DNA of 64,000 nucleotides from an uncultured Candidatus Saccharibacteria bacterium (GCA_964434285.1 CAYSUJ010000003.1:20992-84991), one strand, 5' to 3'; shown: positions 1 through 9,252, counted from the stretch's first letter. Numbers and translations are program-made. The notes: generated by a model from the letters alone, not told the origin.

Positions 1-271
1 GCGCCCCCACCCCAATGAAGACAAGGTCGGGGATACGGAATGCAGCATAGTACAGGTCGAGTTCGGGTCCCGCACCAAAAAGGTGCGCAAGAACGCGATC
101 ACGTACAAGAGCAAGAAGAGATGATGCGAGCGAAGAAAGTGCAAGAATATAGGCTGCAGCCTGCAACCCACGAACCTCAGTTGAAAGGTACGAAAGAGCA
201 CGCTCAGCGCCACTGTATGTCATCTCGAGCATTCGCCCGTTTCGAAAAAAACGTAACATACGCGCAGGATT

Positions 272-2677
272 CTACTGCGTTTCGTTAATACCATCAAACG
301 GATCTTTTCCCACCCTTACATTTTCAATGAGCCTAGAGAGCCACTGTTCCGATGGATTGAGCTGAGCAACGCGCTCGAAAGCCCGCGCCGCATCCTCGCT
401 CCGCCCAATCTGATTGTAGGAAAGTCCAAGGACAAACAGTGCATTCGCGTAATCCGGCGACAGTGAGACCGACTGCTCCAAAACACGAACTCCTTCTTGA
501 TATGCTCTTCCAGAATAGAGAATGTAACCTAAATTGAACCAACCTAGCGCGTCATTTGGAACAAGCCTCACCACCTCTGCAGCCGCTTCAACGGCGGGAT
601 CCCCGTTCCCAGACGCCGCTTCAACTTGTGAGAGAAGATAGTATGCAATTGCAAGGTCGGGCTTAAGTGCTATCGCCTCATGAAGATAGGTGCGAGCACT
701 GTCTGCTTCGTTGCGTGCAATTGCAATTTGAGCGAGTCGAACTTTCGGAATTGGATTTGTTGGCTGCGCCTCAAAGGCCCTCGCGTAAGCGTCACTCGCA
801 TTCTCATAGGCACCGTCAACGTTTGCACCGGCAAATTCGCCATATATTTGCGCGAGTGACAGCCAGTTTTGGTATGTATCACCCAGTCGCACCGCAGTGA
901 GACCATGCTCAATAGTGTGCTCTAGTGTTTCTTTGAGCGCGATACGAGCCGAGTCGTCATTAGCCCCACTTTGAATGAGCGTAGCAAGTTGGGCAACGCC
1001 AAGCTCTGCCGCCGCCCGGTGTGCACGATCATTTCTAGGCGAAATGACGAGCGCTTTCTCCATCATGCTTGTGGCGCCAGCGAGATCCCGTGAAGTGTTA
1101 AAAAAGTGCGCTGCGCGATTGACAAAAGTATTGGAGATAATCTCCCGGAGTGCCAAACCAGAAGAAAAAACGACCAAAAAACAAAGTAGGAGAGTTCCAA
1201 TTGCTGTCAACACGGACCGTACTGACTTGACCCCCACAGGAAGAGAGTGGGTCGGTCTATCGCCAACAGAGCAAACTGCTAAAAACGCAAGAAACAGGAA
1301 TGTCACCCCGCTCATCGCGACACTCGGTGTATATACCATATGATAAGCAACTAAATACGATGCAGCGACAAGCGTAATTCCGAATAGCGCATGCATGCGC
1401 ACGAGCGGCTGATTCTCACGCACTAAACGCAAGAAGTTAAATAGAATTAAAAAAATTATACTTGTCCACGCGAGTAACCCAATCGCGCCCACAGCAAATA
1501 TTGACGTCGGGATTACCCCGACACCAGAATTAAAGTCAGTATTCCAAAACGGCGTCAGATTCACTTCTTGCGGCTTGTGAAGACCCCATTCACGAATGAA
1601 TGAGTTTGGTCCGGCACCAAAGAGAAACTCTCGTGGAGCATCAATGGACTGACGTGCAACATCGAGCGTTCCCTGCCAGGAAGGACGAACTTCGATTTGA
1701 TCGATCTGTAACCATGATGGCAGTACGTTATTTACAGATGCATTATAAAAGCCGGCGACACAGAATAATACAGCGCCTATAAACCACGCAGAGGCTCTTC
1801 CAGAAGCAGCAAACCAAGAATCACTATGGATACTGCGCGAATATCTCAGAACGCTCAAACCACCCACAAGAAGGAGCACCGACGTGCCCCAAAATACGTC
1901 CCTGAAGTGGACGATTACGAGAATAAAAAGCGCTAGGACACTTAAAATAGCTAGAGCCCATCGACCCGCCCTTTGGCTTACAATTCCGACCCACAATGTA
2001 CCCGATAGAAAAAGACCTAGACCTGCAATGATGCCCAGGTCGCGCCACGAACCAAAAAGATTTGCCGTTTCTCCTTGAAGCACTCCGCCGAAAGAGAGCC
2101 ACGATGGAAAGATTGCATATGCGATTTGAAATGAAAAAAGTATAAATAGCCCTCCAGCGAACGCCAAGAGCGAGCGAACGATTACCACCCGATGATCGGT
2201 ACAAATCAGCGTTATGAGTAAGAAAATTGCATACCAAATTACTGTAGCAATCAATGTGTCTTGCTCAACACCACTCCCTACTATCGAGGAAACATTCCAC
2301 CCTGAGACACCGGCAGAAATGAAATATGCGAGTGGGAGAAGCCCCACTACCAGGATGAACGGAGTGCTTGGTATACGTATAACGCCCTCCGAAAAACGCG
2401 CGGTAGCCCAAAAAAAAGATGCGGAAATCAAAAATAAGCTTGCGAGAATAAGTTTACTCTGCGCCTGAGTCATCCACGGTACCGGAATTGTAAAAAAAGG
2501 CAGTAGGGCAGAAAAGCCGAGAAGAAGTAGACGTGATACGGTATCGCCCCAATGAGAAAAGCCTCCCACTTCACGGACAGGCGTCGCCTGCGATTGCGAA
2601 ACCGCACTTGGACGTACAGCCTCTTGTCCAGAAACATGCTCAACCATAGTGGTGATGTGCAGAGACCGATCTCCCAT
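272..2677 (-). CDS. O-antigen ligase (Wzy/WaaL)-like polytopic membrane protein with C-terminal TPR repeat domain
   Basis: 801-aa ORF. The N-terminal ~450 aa have 10+ predicted TM helices in a Wzy_C-like arrangement. The C-terminal ~300 aa are TPR-like repeats (A-rich helical repeats with recurring AxxYxxxG/LG patterns). The real start may be an internal Met (MVEHV...). Confidence 0.6.
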   Translation of the reverse strand: MGDRSLHITTMVEHVSGQEAVRPSAVSQSQATPVREVGGFSHWGDTVSRLLLLGFSALLPFFTIPVPWMTQAQSKLILASLFLISASFFWATARFSEGVIRIPSTPFILVVGLLPLAYFISAGVSGWNVSSIVGSGVEQDTLIATVIWYAIFLLITLICTDHRVVIVRSLLAFAGGLFILFSFQIAYAIFPSWLSFGGVLQGETANLFGSWRDLGIIAGLGLFLSGTLWVGIVSQRAGRWALAILSVLALFILVIVHFRDVFWGTSVLLLVGGLSVLRYSRSIHSDSWFAASGRASAWFIGAVLFCVAGFYNASVNNVLPSWLQIDQIEVRPSWQGTLDVARQSIDAPREFLFGAGPNSFIREWGLHKPQEVNLTPFWNTDFNSGVGVIPTSIFAVGAIGLLAWTSIIFLILFNFLRLVRENQPLVRMHALFGITLVAASYLVAYHMVYTPSVAMSGVTFLFLAFLAVCSVGDRPTHSLPVGVKSVRSVLTAIGTLLLCFLVVFSSGLALREIISNTFVNRAAHFFNTSRDLAGATSMMEKALVISPRNDRAHRAAAELGVAQLATLIQSGANDDSARIALKETLEHTIEHGLTAVRLGDTYQNWLSLAQIYGEFAGANVDGAYENASDAYARAFEAQPTNPIPKVRLAQIAIARNEADSARTYLHEAIALKPDLAIAYYLLSQVEAASGNGDPAVEAAAEVVRLVPNDALGWFNLGYILYSGRAYQEGVRVLEQSVSLSPDYANALFVLGLSYNQIGRSEDAARAFERVAQLNPSEQWLSRLIENVRVGKDPFDGINETQ

Positions 2678-2900
2678 GATCCAATGATACCTTATTCTCC
2701 ACCAATATCATCGAAGGCGTGGGGATTCTCACTTCAGCATGCAGAATATGACGATGGAAATATTCCTATTTTTTTCTTATGCTCTACGCCATATCCGCTC
2801 ACTAATCTGGTTTGTTATTTTGGAAGAAGAAAAGCGGCGCTTTTCAGCTTCGCTCGGCGCTGCACTACACTAACCCTGTTCGTTCGATTGGCTTCCTCGG

Positions 2901-2926
2901 AAATGGGAGTGCAAGCACTCCCATTT
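2901..2926 (-). terminator. Hairpin terminator immediately 3' of rnpB
   Basis: On the minus strand, AAAUGGGAGUGC-UUGC-GCACUCCCAUUU gives a perfect 12-bp stem followed by UUUCC. It sits directly after the P1 3' strand of RNase P RNA. Confidence 0.6.
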
Positions 2927-2933
2927 CTCTCTG

Positions 2934-3360
2934 AATCTGCACCGTAAGCCGGATTCTGTCGAGAGCAGCCATGTATCTGGGATGACCGTTACCGATCACC
3001 TCAAGCGGTTCCCCCTCGCGCGGAGCGCGAAAAATTTGCAATATACAATTTGATAAATAAGCTCCAAATGCCAATTTCGAAATTGAGATTTGAAATTTCT
3101 TTGCAAATTGATCTTTGGTACTTGCAAATTCTTTGTGCTCCGCACAAAGATACGACCTTGCACGCAGGTAGGAATTTTGCCGTTGCATCCATGCGTTTCC
3201 GCACAGTTCACCCCGAAGGGGTCGCAGGATCTCTCCTTTGACGTTTCTGTTCGCATCCCTTGGATTACCCAGGCGGGCGTTACCCACTACCGTTTGAACT
3301 GAATCACGCGTGTCCGGACTTTCCTCTAGTCTTTCGACCAGCGGCTGCCTAGTGCAGGAC
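2934..3360 (-). ncRNA. rnpB: RNase P RNA (bacterial type A) with a ~110-nt AT-rich inserted helix
   Basis: The reverse complement contains the universally conserved GAGGAAAGUCCGGAC (5' P4 strand), GGGUAACGCCCGCCUGGG and ACAGAAUCCGGCUUA (3' P4 strand). P1 pairing is CUGCAC/GUGCAG. An AT-rich block at + coordinates ~3025-3160 carries repeated AUUUGCAA motifs inserted into the core. This explains the poor-quality six-frame ORFs across 2865-3392. Confidence 0.85.
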
Positions 3361-3364
3361 TGCA

Positions 3365-3392
3365 GTATTGCATTTTTCCTAATCATTGACAA
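3365..3392 (-). promoter_or_regulatory. Putative sigma70-type promoter of rnpB
   Basis: On the minus strand, TTGTCA (-35), a 17-nt spacer and AATACT (-10) lie about 7 nt upstream of the predicted RNase P RNA 5' end. Found by inspection only. Confidence 0.4.
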
Positions 3393-3441
3393 GGGTATAA
3401 TTTATGATATTATATTTATGTTCAACCGATGGAGGACACAG

Positions 3442-3672
3442 ATGAATGACGCCCATGCTCTTGTCGAGTGGTATTGGGATCCCGCTTGGAAATGCCCAAC
3501 CTGGGACGACCCTGGCGATTCCGATCTCCACTATGCGAAAATCGGCAACAACATCTTCCTCGCGGTATCAGGAGTGAACGGCATGGTCTTTCTATCTCGC
3601 TCGTCTCTTCCTGAAGGCGCATGTCCTCTCAGTTCCTCGTATCTGGAACGGGACACATATCGGATTCGTTGA
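3442..3672 (+). CDS. Hypothetical small protein (76 aa)
   Basis: The ATG is preceded by GGAGGA with a 6-nt spacer. The upstream part of the longer ORF (3310..) overlaps rnpB and is rejected. No recognisable domain; the protein is Trp/Asp-rich. Confidence 0.35.
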   Translation: MNDAHALVEWYWDPAWKCPTWDDPGDSDLHYAKIGNNIFLAVSGVNGMVFLSRSSLPEGACPLSSSYLERDTYRIR

Positions 3673-3777
3673 TTCAATCCGATGTCGGTTATCTGGTCTT
3701 ACGTCGCCACGAACAATAGACGTACAGGGACGGTCGAAAGACGCGCAATCCCCGCCCAAGCAAGTGCTTGGGCATTT

Positions 3778-4068
3778 CTATTTTTCCTCCCCCGAATCCC
3801 CACCTACAACCTTCGCCTGGATCGGACTCACCATTGGCTCATTGGGAAGCCGACCATCAATCACGATATTATTCTTCTTTTCAATCTCCTCCACTTGCGC
3901 TGCAAGCCCGCGCGAGAGTTTCTTCGTGAGATCAAGTGGAAGCGTGAACGCATGTTTCTTTTCACCTGAGGTAAACACAATCTGCAAAAGTCCGTTCACA
4001 ATGCGGGCATGAAATCCCTCAATGAATATCTTATCTCCCCCTTTCGCAAAGTCGTACTGCTGTTCCAT
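3778..4068 (-). CDS. Hypothetical protein (96 aa)
   Basis: ORF trimmed to the Met at MEQQYDFAKGGDK. The longer N-terminal extension is translated through a perfect DNA palindrome and is probably not coding. No confident family assignment. Confidence 0.4.
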   Translation of the reverse strand: MEQQYDFAKGGDKIFIEGFHARIVNGLLQIVFTSGEKKHAFTLPLDLTKKLSRGLAAQVEEIEKKNNIVIDGRLPNEPMVSPIQAKVVGGDSGEEK

Positions 4069-4107
4069 GTAGGGCCATTTTACTCTTCGCCCACAGGATC
4101 GCCAACT

Positions 4108-4131
4108 GGCCAAAACGGCGCCGTTTTGGCC
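4108..4131. repeat. Perfect 24-bp palindrome GGCCAAAACGGC|GCCGUUUUGGCC
   Basis: Read directly from the sequence. Lies in the intergenic region downstream of nrdB (minus strand). Confidence 0.7.
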
Positions 4132-4152
4132 AGTCAAGCCTCAGCGAGCTGG

Positions 4153-4262
4153 CAGCGGGGAGGAAAATGCTTCACGAGGGACCCCGCAGCTGGCGAGGAT
4201 GAGCCTGTTTTTCCGGCAGGAAAAACAGGTCTGCCCGAGAGAAGCATTTTCCTCCCCGCTGC
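4153..4262. repeat. Nested inverted-repeat element: 21-bp perfect outer stem enclosing an 11-bp inner hairpin
   Basis: CAGCGGGGAGGAAAATGCTTC at 4153-4173 is the exact reverse complement of 4242-4262. Inside, CCTGTTTTTCC-GGC-AGGAAAAACAGG forms a second perfect hairpin. It causes the mirrored spurious ORFs 4009..4353(+) and 4172..4366(-). Confidence 0.7.
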
Positions 4263-4275
4263 CACGAGCGCCCCT

Positions 4276-5298
4276 CTAATGTTTGCCCGAATCCACTTCG
4301 TAATTCGTATTCTGCGCCTCGAAAAAGTTTACGAGCTCGAAGACGTCGGTTGAGGTTGTCATCCACTTCGCTGGATTCGTAACATTGTAATGCTTGGGAA
4401 GACCAAGCTCCTCCAAGCGGCGATCAGCGACGTATTGCACGTACTGATTCACATAATCAGCGTTGAGCCCAAGGATGCCGCGTGGAAAGAGGTCTTTGTT
4501 GTACGCATTCTCAAGGTTCACACCTTCAACGATGATGCCCGCGATTTCCTGTGCGAAGTCCGCGCTCACAAGCTCCGCATTTTCCTCAAGAATGTTGTGA
4601 ATGAGGTTGATGCCGAATTTGAGGTGGAGCGATTCATCGCGGAGCACCCAGTTGATCATGGAGCCCACATTGCGAAGCTGATTGCGCTGACGGAAGCTTA
4701 AGACGACCATGAACCCCGAGTAGAACCAAATGCCTTCCATTACGATGTTGTATGCGATGAGGTTGCGAATGAAGTCTTTTTTCCCTTCTGGCGTCTCTAC
4801 GTCAATCTCCTGCTCGGTCATCCGCTTTAAGTATTTGTTGATGTAATCCTCCTTTGCCTTCATTGAAGGAGTCTCTAAGTGGCGCTTGAATGCCTTGTCG
4901 CGATCAATCGGGAAAGTCTCAAGCAAATACTCGAACGCCACGCAGTGGTTTGCCTCTTCCCACATCTGCTTTGCGAGGTACAAGTGACACTCCGGCGATT
5001 TGAGGTAGCGATACACGCCAAGCGCCAAGACGCGGTTCACAATAAGCTCTGCCGGATTAAAGAAGGACATCAGAAATTCCACCGCGTGCCTTTCGTCATC
5101 CGTCATTTTTGACCAGTCGTCGAGATCTTCCTTCAAGGCTATTTCATGAGGAAACCACGTGTTTCGAACTGCTTGGTTATAGAGGTCATACGCCCACTGA
5201 TAGCGAATAGGGTGGATGTTGACATCATCTGGCGAAAATTTTCCGATTAACATACTACATTCTTTAGACTTATAACGTGATACTACTTTTATTGACAC
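4276..5298 (-). CDS. nrdB: Ribonucleoside-diphosphate reductase class I beta (R2) subunit
   Basis: Ferritin-like diiron R2 fold. Alignable to E. coli NrdB through the iron-ligand regions (EANH, ESLH-like motifs) and the C-terminal tail. The ORF-track start at 5298 is GTG and overlaps the nrdA stop. An ATG at 5253 (MLIGKF...) is an equally plausible start. Confidence 0.85.
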   Translation of the reverse strand: MSIKVVSRYKSKECSMLIGKFSPDDVNIHPIRYQWAYDLYNQAVRNTWFPHEIALKEDLDDWSKMTDDERHAVEFLMSFFNPAELIVNRVLALGVYRYLKSPECHLYLAKQMWEEANHCVAFEYLLETFPIDRDKAFKRHLETPSMKAKEDYINKYLKRMTEQEIDVETPEGKKDFIRNLIAYNIVMEGIWFYSGFMVVLSFRQRNQLRNVGSMINWVLRDESLHLKFGINLIHNILEENAELVSADFAQEIAGIIVEGVNLENAYNKDLFPRGILGLNADYVNQYVQYVADRRLEELGLPKHYNVTNPAKWMTTSTDVFELVNFFEAQNTNYEVDSGKH

Positions 5299-8051
5299 GA
5301 ATCACACTGAGCACGCTCGGCAGGGTCCACGGGGCACACAAACGGCTTGTTTGCCTGCACAGTGGGAGCGGCTGAAGCTTGCACTGGCGCAGCTGTTTCC
5401 GCAACTGTCGCGAATCCCATGCGAGGAGAATCGGCATTGACGGGAGACGCATGTGCCGTTACCGGAAGCGCCTGTTGCGCGATCGGCGTCATAGGAAGCG
5501 CCCCCTGGTCAGCAACAGCAGCAAAACCCTGTCTTCCAGTCGGCATAGTACGAGAAGCAGCAGGCTCCACAGGCGCCACTTCAGCGCGGACAGGCGCCAT
5601 TTCTGGAGCCTGCACAGGACTCATCGTAATCGGTGAAGCGACCGGCTCCTCTTTCGTAAACACGGGTTGCGCAACAACATTTGCAAACCCACGCTTTCCG
5701 GTTATTGCCATCTTGTTCACCGAAGTGGTTGACTGCTCTGCGGTGTGTCGCGGCTTCATGTGGAGGTAGTAGGTTGTCTTCAGACCCTGTTTCCACGCGG
5801 TCATATAGACGTTCTTCATCTCATCCATATCGCGATTCTCCAGATAAATATTGCGTGAGAGTGCTTGATCCACCCACTTCTGAGCACGTGCAGCAACCTC
5901 GATGAATGCGTAGGGCGACGTACTGAAAGAGGTCTTGTAGATCTGTTTCAGGTACGACGGTATTTCGGGGATGCCTGAAATGTCGCCCTGATGCTCGACG
6001 ATTTTTTCCTTTACCGAATCCCATAACCCCATGTTCTTGAGGTCTTTCACGAGATTGTGGTTGATGTCCATGTATTTACCGGAAATCTTGTTGCGAGAGA
6101 ATACCTGCGCAAAGCGCGGATCGATGCCGGGTGTTGTTCCCGCCACCAAACCAATGTTGGCATTCGGCGCGACAGCCATGAGTGTTGCATTGCGAATACC
6201 TCCCTTCACCTTCTCGCGAAGTGCATTCCAGTTGAGTTGCTTATTTTTACTCTCTCGTGTCATCCCGGTGGAGATACCGCGATCTTCTTCGAGCGCAGTG
6301 ATGGAGTCGATCGGCACCATGCCTTTCGACCATCGCGAACCTTCAAAGTGCTTGTAAACACCTCGCTCACGCGCAAGATTCGCGCTCTCGTCTATTGCCA
6401 TGTAGCTCACGAACTCGAACACGCGATCTGCGAAGTCAGCTGCATGACCGCTTTCATACGGCATACCAAGCTGCTCGAGAGCGTCCGCAAAACCCATCAC
6501 GCCGAGGCCAACAGCACGGTTCTCTTGATCACCTTTTACCGCCTCCGGGATTGGAAGCGTGTTGATATCGATGAGGTTATCGAGCTGACGGACGGCAAGC
6601 CGAACGCTCTCCTCAAGCTTATGCCAGTTGAGCTGACGGCCTTCAATATGACCCGCGAGGTTGAGTGACGCGAGATTGCACACCGCAACACTGTCTTTGC
6701 TCTGCGGGAGACAAATTTCCGTGCAGAGGTTCGACATATGAATCGTACCGGTATTGTTGTTGAGGGCACGAAGATTGATCGGATCCTTCCAGGTGAGCCA
6801 CGGGTGTGAGGTGGATTGGAGCGAGGTGAGAATGAGATGCCACTGCTCGGTTGCCGGCACCTTCTTCCACATGCGAAGTTCGCCACGCTTTGCCATTTCA
6901 ATGTATTCCGCATAGCGCTTCGCAAACTCTTTGCCGTACAACTCGTTCAAATCCGGCGTTTCTTTCGGGTCGAACATGTACCAATCCTCGCCTGCCTCAA
7001 CACGACGCATGAATTCATCGGAGAGATATACGGCTGTGTTTGCGGTGCGCATGCGCAAGTAGTCATCGCCTGCATTGTGTTTCCAGTCAATGTATTCCGG
7101 AAAATCGTAGTGCCAGTTCTCCATGTAGAAGCAGAGAGCACCCTTTTTCTTACCGCCACGCTGCACGGCGCGAATCGCAGTATCCATAATCTTCGCAAAT
7201 GGCGTCGGACCTGAAGAAACGGTGTTTGATGACTTCAAGGGCGATCCGGCAGCACGCAATTTGGTCACGGAAACGCCGATGCCGCCGGAAGCTTTCGAGA
7301 GCTTAAGGACGTCGGCCACTGATTTCGCGATATGGTCCATATCATCGTGCACTTCGAGAAGAAAGCAGTTTGAGAGTGCAGGACGAGGCGTACCCGCAGC
7401 GAGGTTGGTGGAGCCGCCCGCAACATAGAGATGCTGCGACATGCGGTCGTAGAATTTGAGCGCCATTTCGGTCGGATTCGCCTCGTTATAGGCAAGACCC
7501 ATCGCAATGCGCATGAAAAAGTACTGTGGTGTTTCAGCTGCTTTCTGCTTTGTGTTCTTGAGAGCGTAACGATCAAGGAGCGAGGAGAGGCCGGCGTAGG
7601 TGAAGATCTCGTCGCGTTCAATCTTCAGCGATGCCGCGAGTGTGTTCAGATCATACTTTTCGGCCATGCGAGCATCAAGGAGGCCGCTTGCAATACCCTC
7701 GCGCACATACTCGGGGAAACGTGCACGATACTGCGCCTCAAGCTCATTCGGGCTGTCATGGTATTCGCCAATGACGCGACGATATACGGTTTTCAAGAGC
7801 AATCGGACTGCGACTTTATCGTATTCGATGTCCTCTTTGATGTTTTGTACTGCGGCGTTGATCGTTGCGATATCCATCTCTTCCGTCGTGATGCCATCGT
7901 AAAGTGTGAGCTCGGTCTCACTTGCAATCTGCGTCACCATTGAGATGGGATCCGTAAGCCCTCGGCACGCACGCTCGATCGAGCGATTGATCTTATCCGC
8001 ATTAAACTGCTCCCTCGACCCGTCGTGTTTGGTAATGGTCAGGTTCACCAT
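5289..8051 (-). CDS. nrdA: Ribonucleoside-diphosphate reductase class I alpha (R1) subunit with N-terminal ATP-cone and a long Ala/Pro/Val-rich C-terminal linker ending in a CxxC tail
   Basis: N-terminal ATP-cone (VxKRDG-like KHDGSREQF). Central RNR large-subunit barrel (catalytic NLC/E motifs, CNL). About 170 aa of low-complexity A/P/V-rich sequence then ...CPVDPAERAQCDSCQ, which resembles the redox-shuttle C-terminal cysteine pair of class I R1. Confidence 0.9.
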   Translation of the reverse strand: MVNLTITKHDGSREQFNADKINRSIERACRGLTDPISMVTQIASETELTLYDGITTEEMDIATINAAVQNIKEDIEYDKVAVRLLLKTVYRRVIGEYHDSPNELEAQYRARFPEYVREGIASGLLDARMAEKYDLNTLAASLKIERDEIFTYAGLSSLLDRYALKNTKQKAAETPQYFFMRIAMGLAYNEANPTEMALKFYDRMSQHLYVAGGSTNLAAGTPRPALSNCFLLEVHDDMDHIAKSVADVLKLSKASGGIGVSVTKLRAAGSPLKSSNTVSSGPTPFAKIMDTAIRAVQRGGKKKGALCFYMENWHYDFPEYIDWKHNAGDDYLRMRTANTAVYLSDEFMRRVEAGEDWYMFDPKETPDLNELYGKEFAKRYAEYIEMAKRGELRMWKKVPATEQWHLILTSLQSTSHPWLTWKDPINLRALNNNTGTIHMSNLCTEICLPQSKDSVAVCNLASLNLAGHIEGRQLNWHKLEESVRLAVRQLDNLIDINTLPIPEAVKGDQENRAVGLGVMGFADALEQLGMPYESGHAADFADRVFEFVSYMAIDESANLARERGVYKHFEGSRWSKGMVPIDSITALEEDRGISTGMTRESKNKQLNWNALREKVKGGIRNATLMAVAPNANIGLVAGTTPGIDPRFAQVFSRNKISGKYMDINHNLVKDLKNMGLWDSVKEKIVEHQGDISGIPEIPSYLKQIYKTSFSTSPYAFIEVAARAQKWVDQALSRNIYLENRDMDEMKNVYMTAWKQGLKTTYYLHMKPRHTAEQSTTSVNKMAITGKRGFANVVAQPVFTKEEPVASPITMSPVQAPEMAPVRAEVAPVEPAASRTMPTGRQGFAAVADQGALPMTPIAQQALPVTAHASPVNADSPRMGFATVAETAAPVQASAAPTVQANKPFVCPVDPAERAQCDSCQ

Positions 8052-8265
8052 AATTTTTCTTATGAAAGTTAATAAGTTCCCCGATTACTAACCGCTACCA
8101 CTCTCCTCTTTACGGCGTACGTGAGGGGGCAGAAAACACGCCTGTCGCGCTAAAAGCGACAAGTTTTCTACATACCGGGCGTACGCACGCTCAGTTGACT
8201 CAAAATACCACAGACGTTCTTTCTCACGATTTTTTCCACAGCTGTGGATAACCCAATTCGTGGCT

Positions 8266-8727
8266 TTATTGAGGGAAATTTTCGGGCAGAGTTGCGTAAT
8301 CGCCAATTTTAATGCCGTGTGTTGTTGCGAATCCTGCAGGAACTTCAAGGACATACTGCGCAGGGACGTTCGAGGTAAAGGAGGTCGGATATGTGTCCGG
8401 ACTCACCCCTTTTTCGATGTGCACGACTTCTCCTCGCGCAGAAATCCACAGTATATCGATGGAGAAAAGCATGTCCTTCATCCAGAACGCGTACATGCCC
8501 TCCTCGGGAAAAACAAAAAGCATCCCCTCGTCACTCTTGAGCGAAGGGGTGCCACTCAATCCCTGTGCACGCGCTACAGGTGTCGCCATAATCATGACAC
8601 GAATTGTGCGTCCACCAATACCGACGACGCCGGAAAGGTCACTGGATGACCCTTCCGGCGCAAGACCCCATAGCGTAAGCGCTACAAGCGCAATACAACC
8701 ACCAACAATGCCGACACTCTTCATCAT
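8266..8727 (-). CDS. DUF192 (COG1430) domain protein with N-terminal signal/anchor
   Basis: Motifs GMLFVFPEE...FWMKDM..SIDILWI...YVLEVPAGF...GIKIGD match the DUF192 family. Start trimmed to the ATG (MMKSVG) that overlaps the stop of the upstream DUF1761 gene by 1 nt. The longer ORF to 8871 would overlap that gene by 145 nt. Confidence 0.75.
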   Translation of the reverse strand: MMKSVGIVGGCIALVALTLWGLAPEGSSSDLSGVVGIGGRTIRVMIMATPVARAQGLSGTPSLKSDEGMLFVFPEEGMYAFWMKDMLFSIDILWISARGEVVHIEKGVSPDTYPTSFTSNVPAQYVLEVPAGFATTHGIKIGDYATLPENFPQ

Positions 8728-9137
8728 TACGAGAAGAGTACCAGAATTAAAGCCATGACGATAAACGAAACGAGCCAGTAGCCCGCGGTGATGAAGTAAT
8801 ATTTCAGCGGCTTCATCTCCCACAAAACCGAGCCAAGGAGAACGGGCGCCGTAAAGCCCACCCACGACCAAATACCGAGCTCTATTGCTCCAATCCAGTC
8901 ATAGACGCCCCACGCGATGCCGAAATGATTCATAACCCAGGCAATAACGATCGCCGCAAGAAAACCAATAAATGCCATCGTGGGCATCTTTTTCTTCCCC
9001 TCTTCCATCTTGCTCATATCGAGCCCCGCAGCTTTGGCCCATGAATCCCCGAATACTTTCGGGTTAAACCACGTCATGCCAAGAATGAGATTCGCTACCG
9101 CGGCGAGAAGTATGGGAACAAGTGTAACTTCAAACAT
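8727..9137 (-). CDS. DUF1761 family membrane protein
   Basis: MFEVTLVPILLAAVANLILGMTWFNPKVFGDSW... matches the characteristic DUF1761 N-terminus. Four predicted TM helices. Confidence 0.65.
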   Translation of the reverse strand: MFEVTLVPILLAAVANLILGMTWFNPKVFGDSWAKAAGLDMSKMEEGKKKMPTMAFIGFLAAIVIAWVMNHFGIAWGVYDWIGAIELGIWSWVGFTAPVLLGSVLWEMKPLKYYFITAGYWLVSFIVMALILVLFS

Positions 9138-9252
9138 AGTAAAAAAGCTAGGTGTATAAAATTCCCCGTCTTTCTATGGTACCGAGCCCTCGCCCCTGCG
9201 CCAGAGGGGGCTGTGTGCAACTTCGCTGGAAGGATGGCGATTTGTCATCTCA

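Noticed and set aside
40-288. 82-aa ORF at the left edge
   Set aside because: Highly charged low-complexity translation with no RBS or family. The 1-271 region is more likely intergenic or the 3' end of a gene outside the window.
2865-3392. ORFs of 60-175 aa on both strands (2865..3392-, 2996..3256-, 3050..3241+, 3090..3302+, 5' part of 3310..3672+)
   Set aside because: They lie entirely within the RNase P RNA gene. Their translations have non-protein composition, and the conserved rnpB motifs explain the sequence.
4009-4366. ORFs 4009..4353(+) and 4172..4366(-)
   Set aside because: Both are read through the 21-bp inverted repeats and so share the mirrored peptide SWQRGGKCF. They are artefacts of the palindromic structure.
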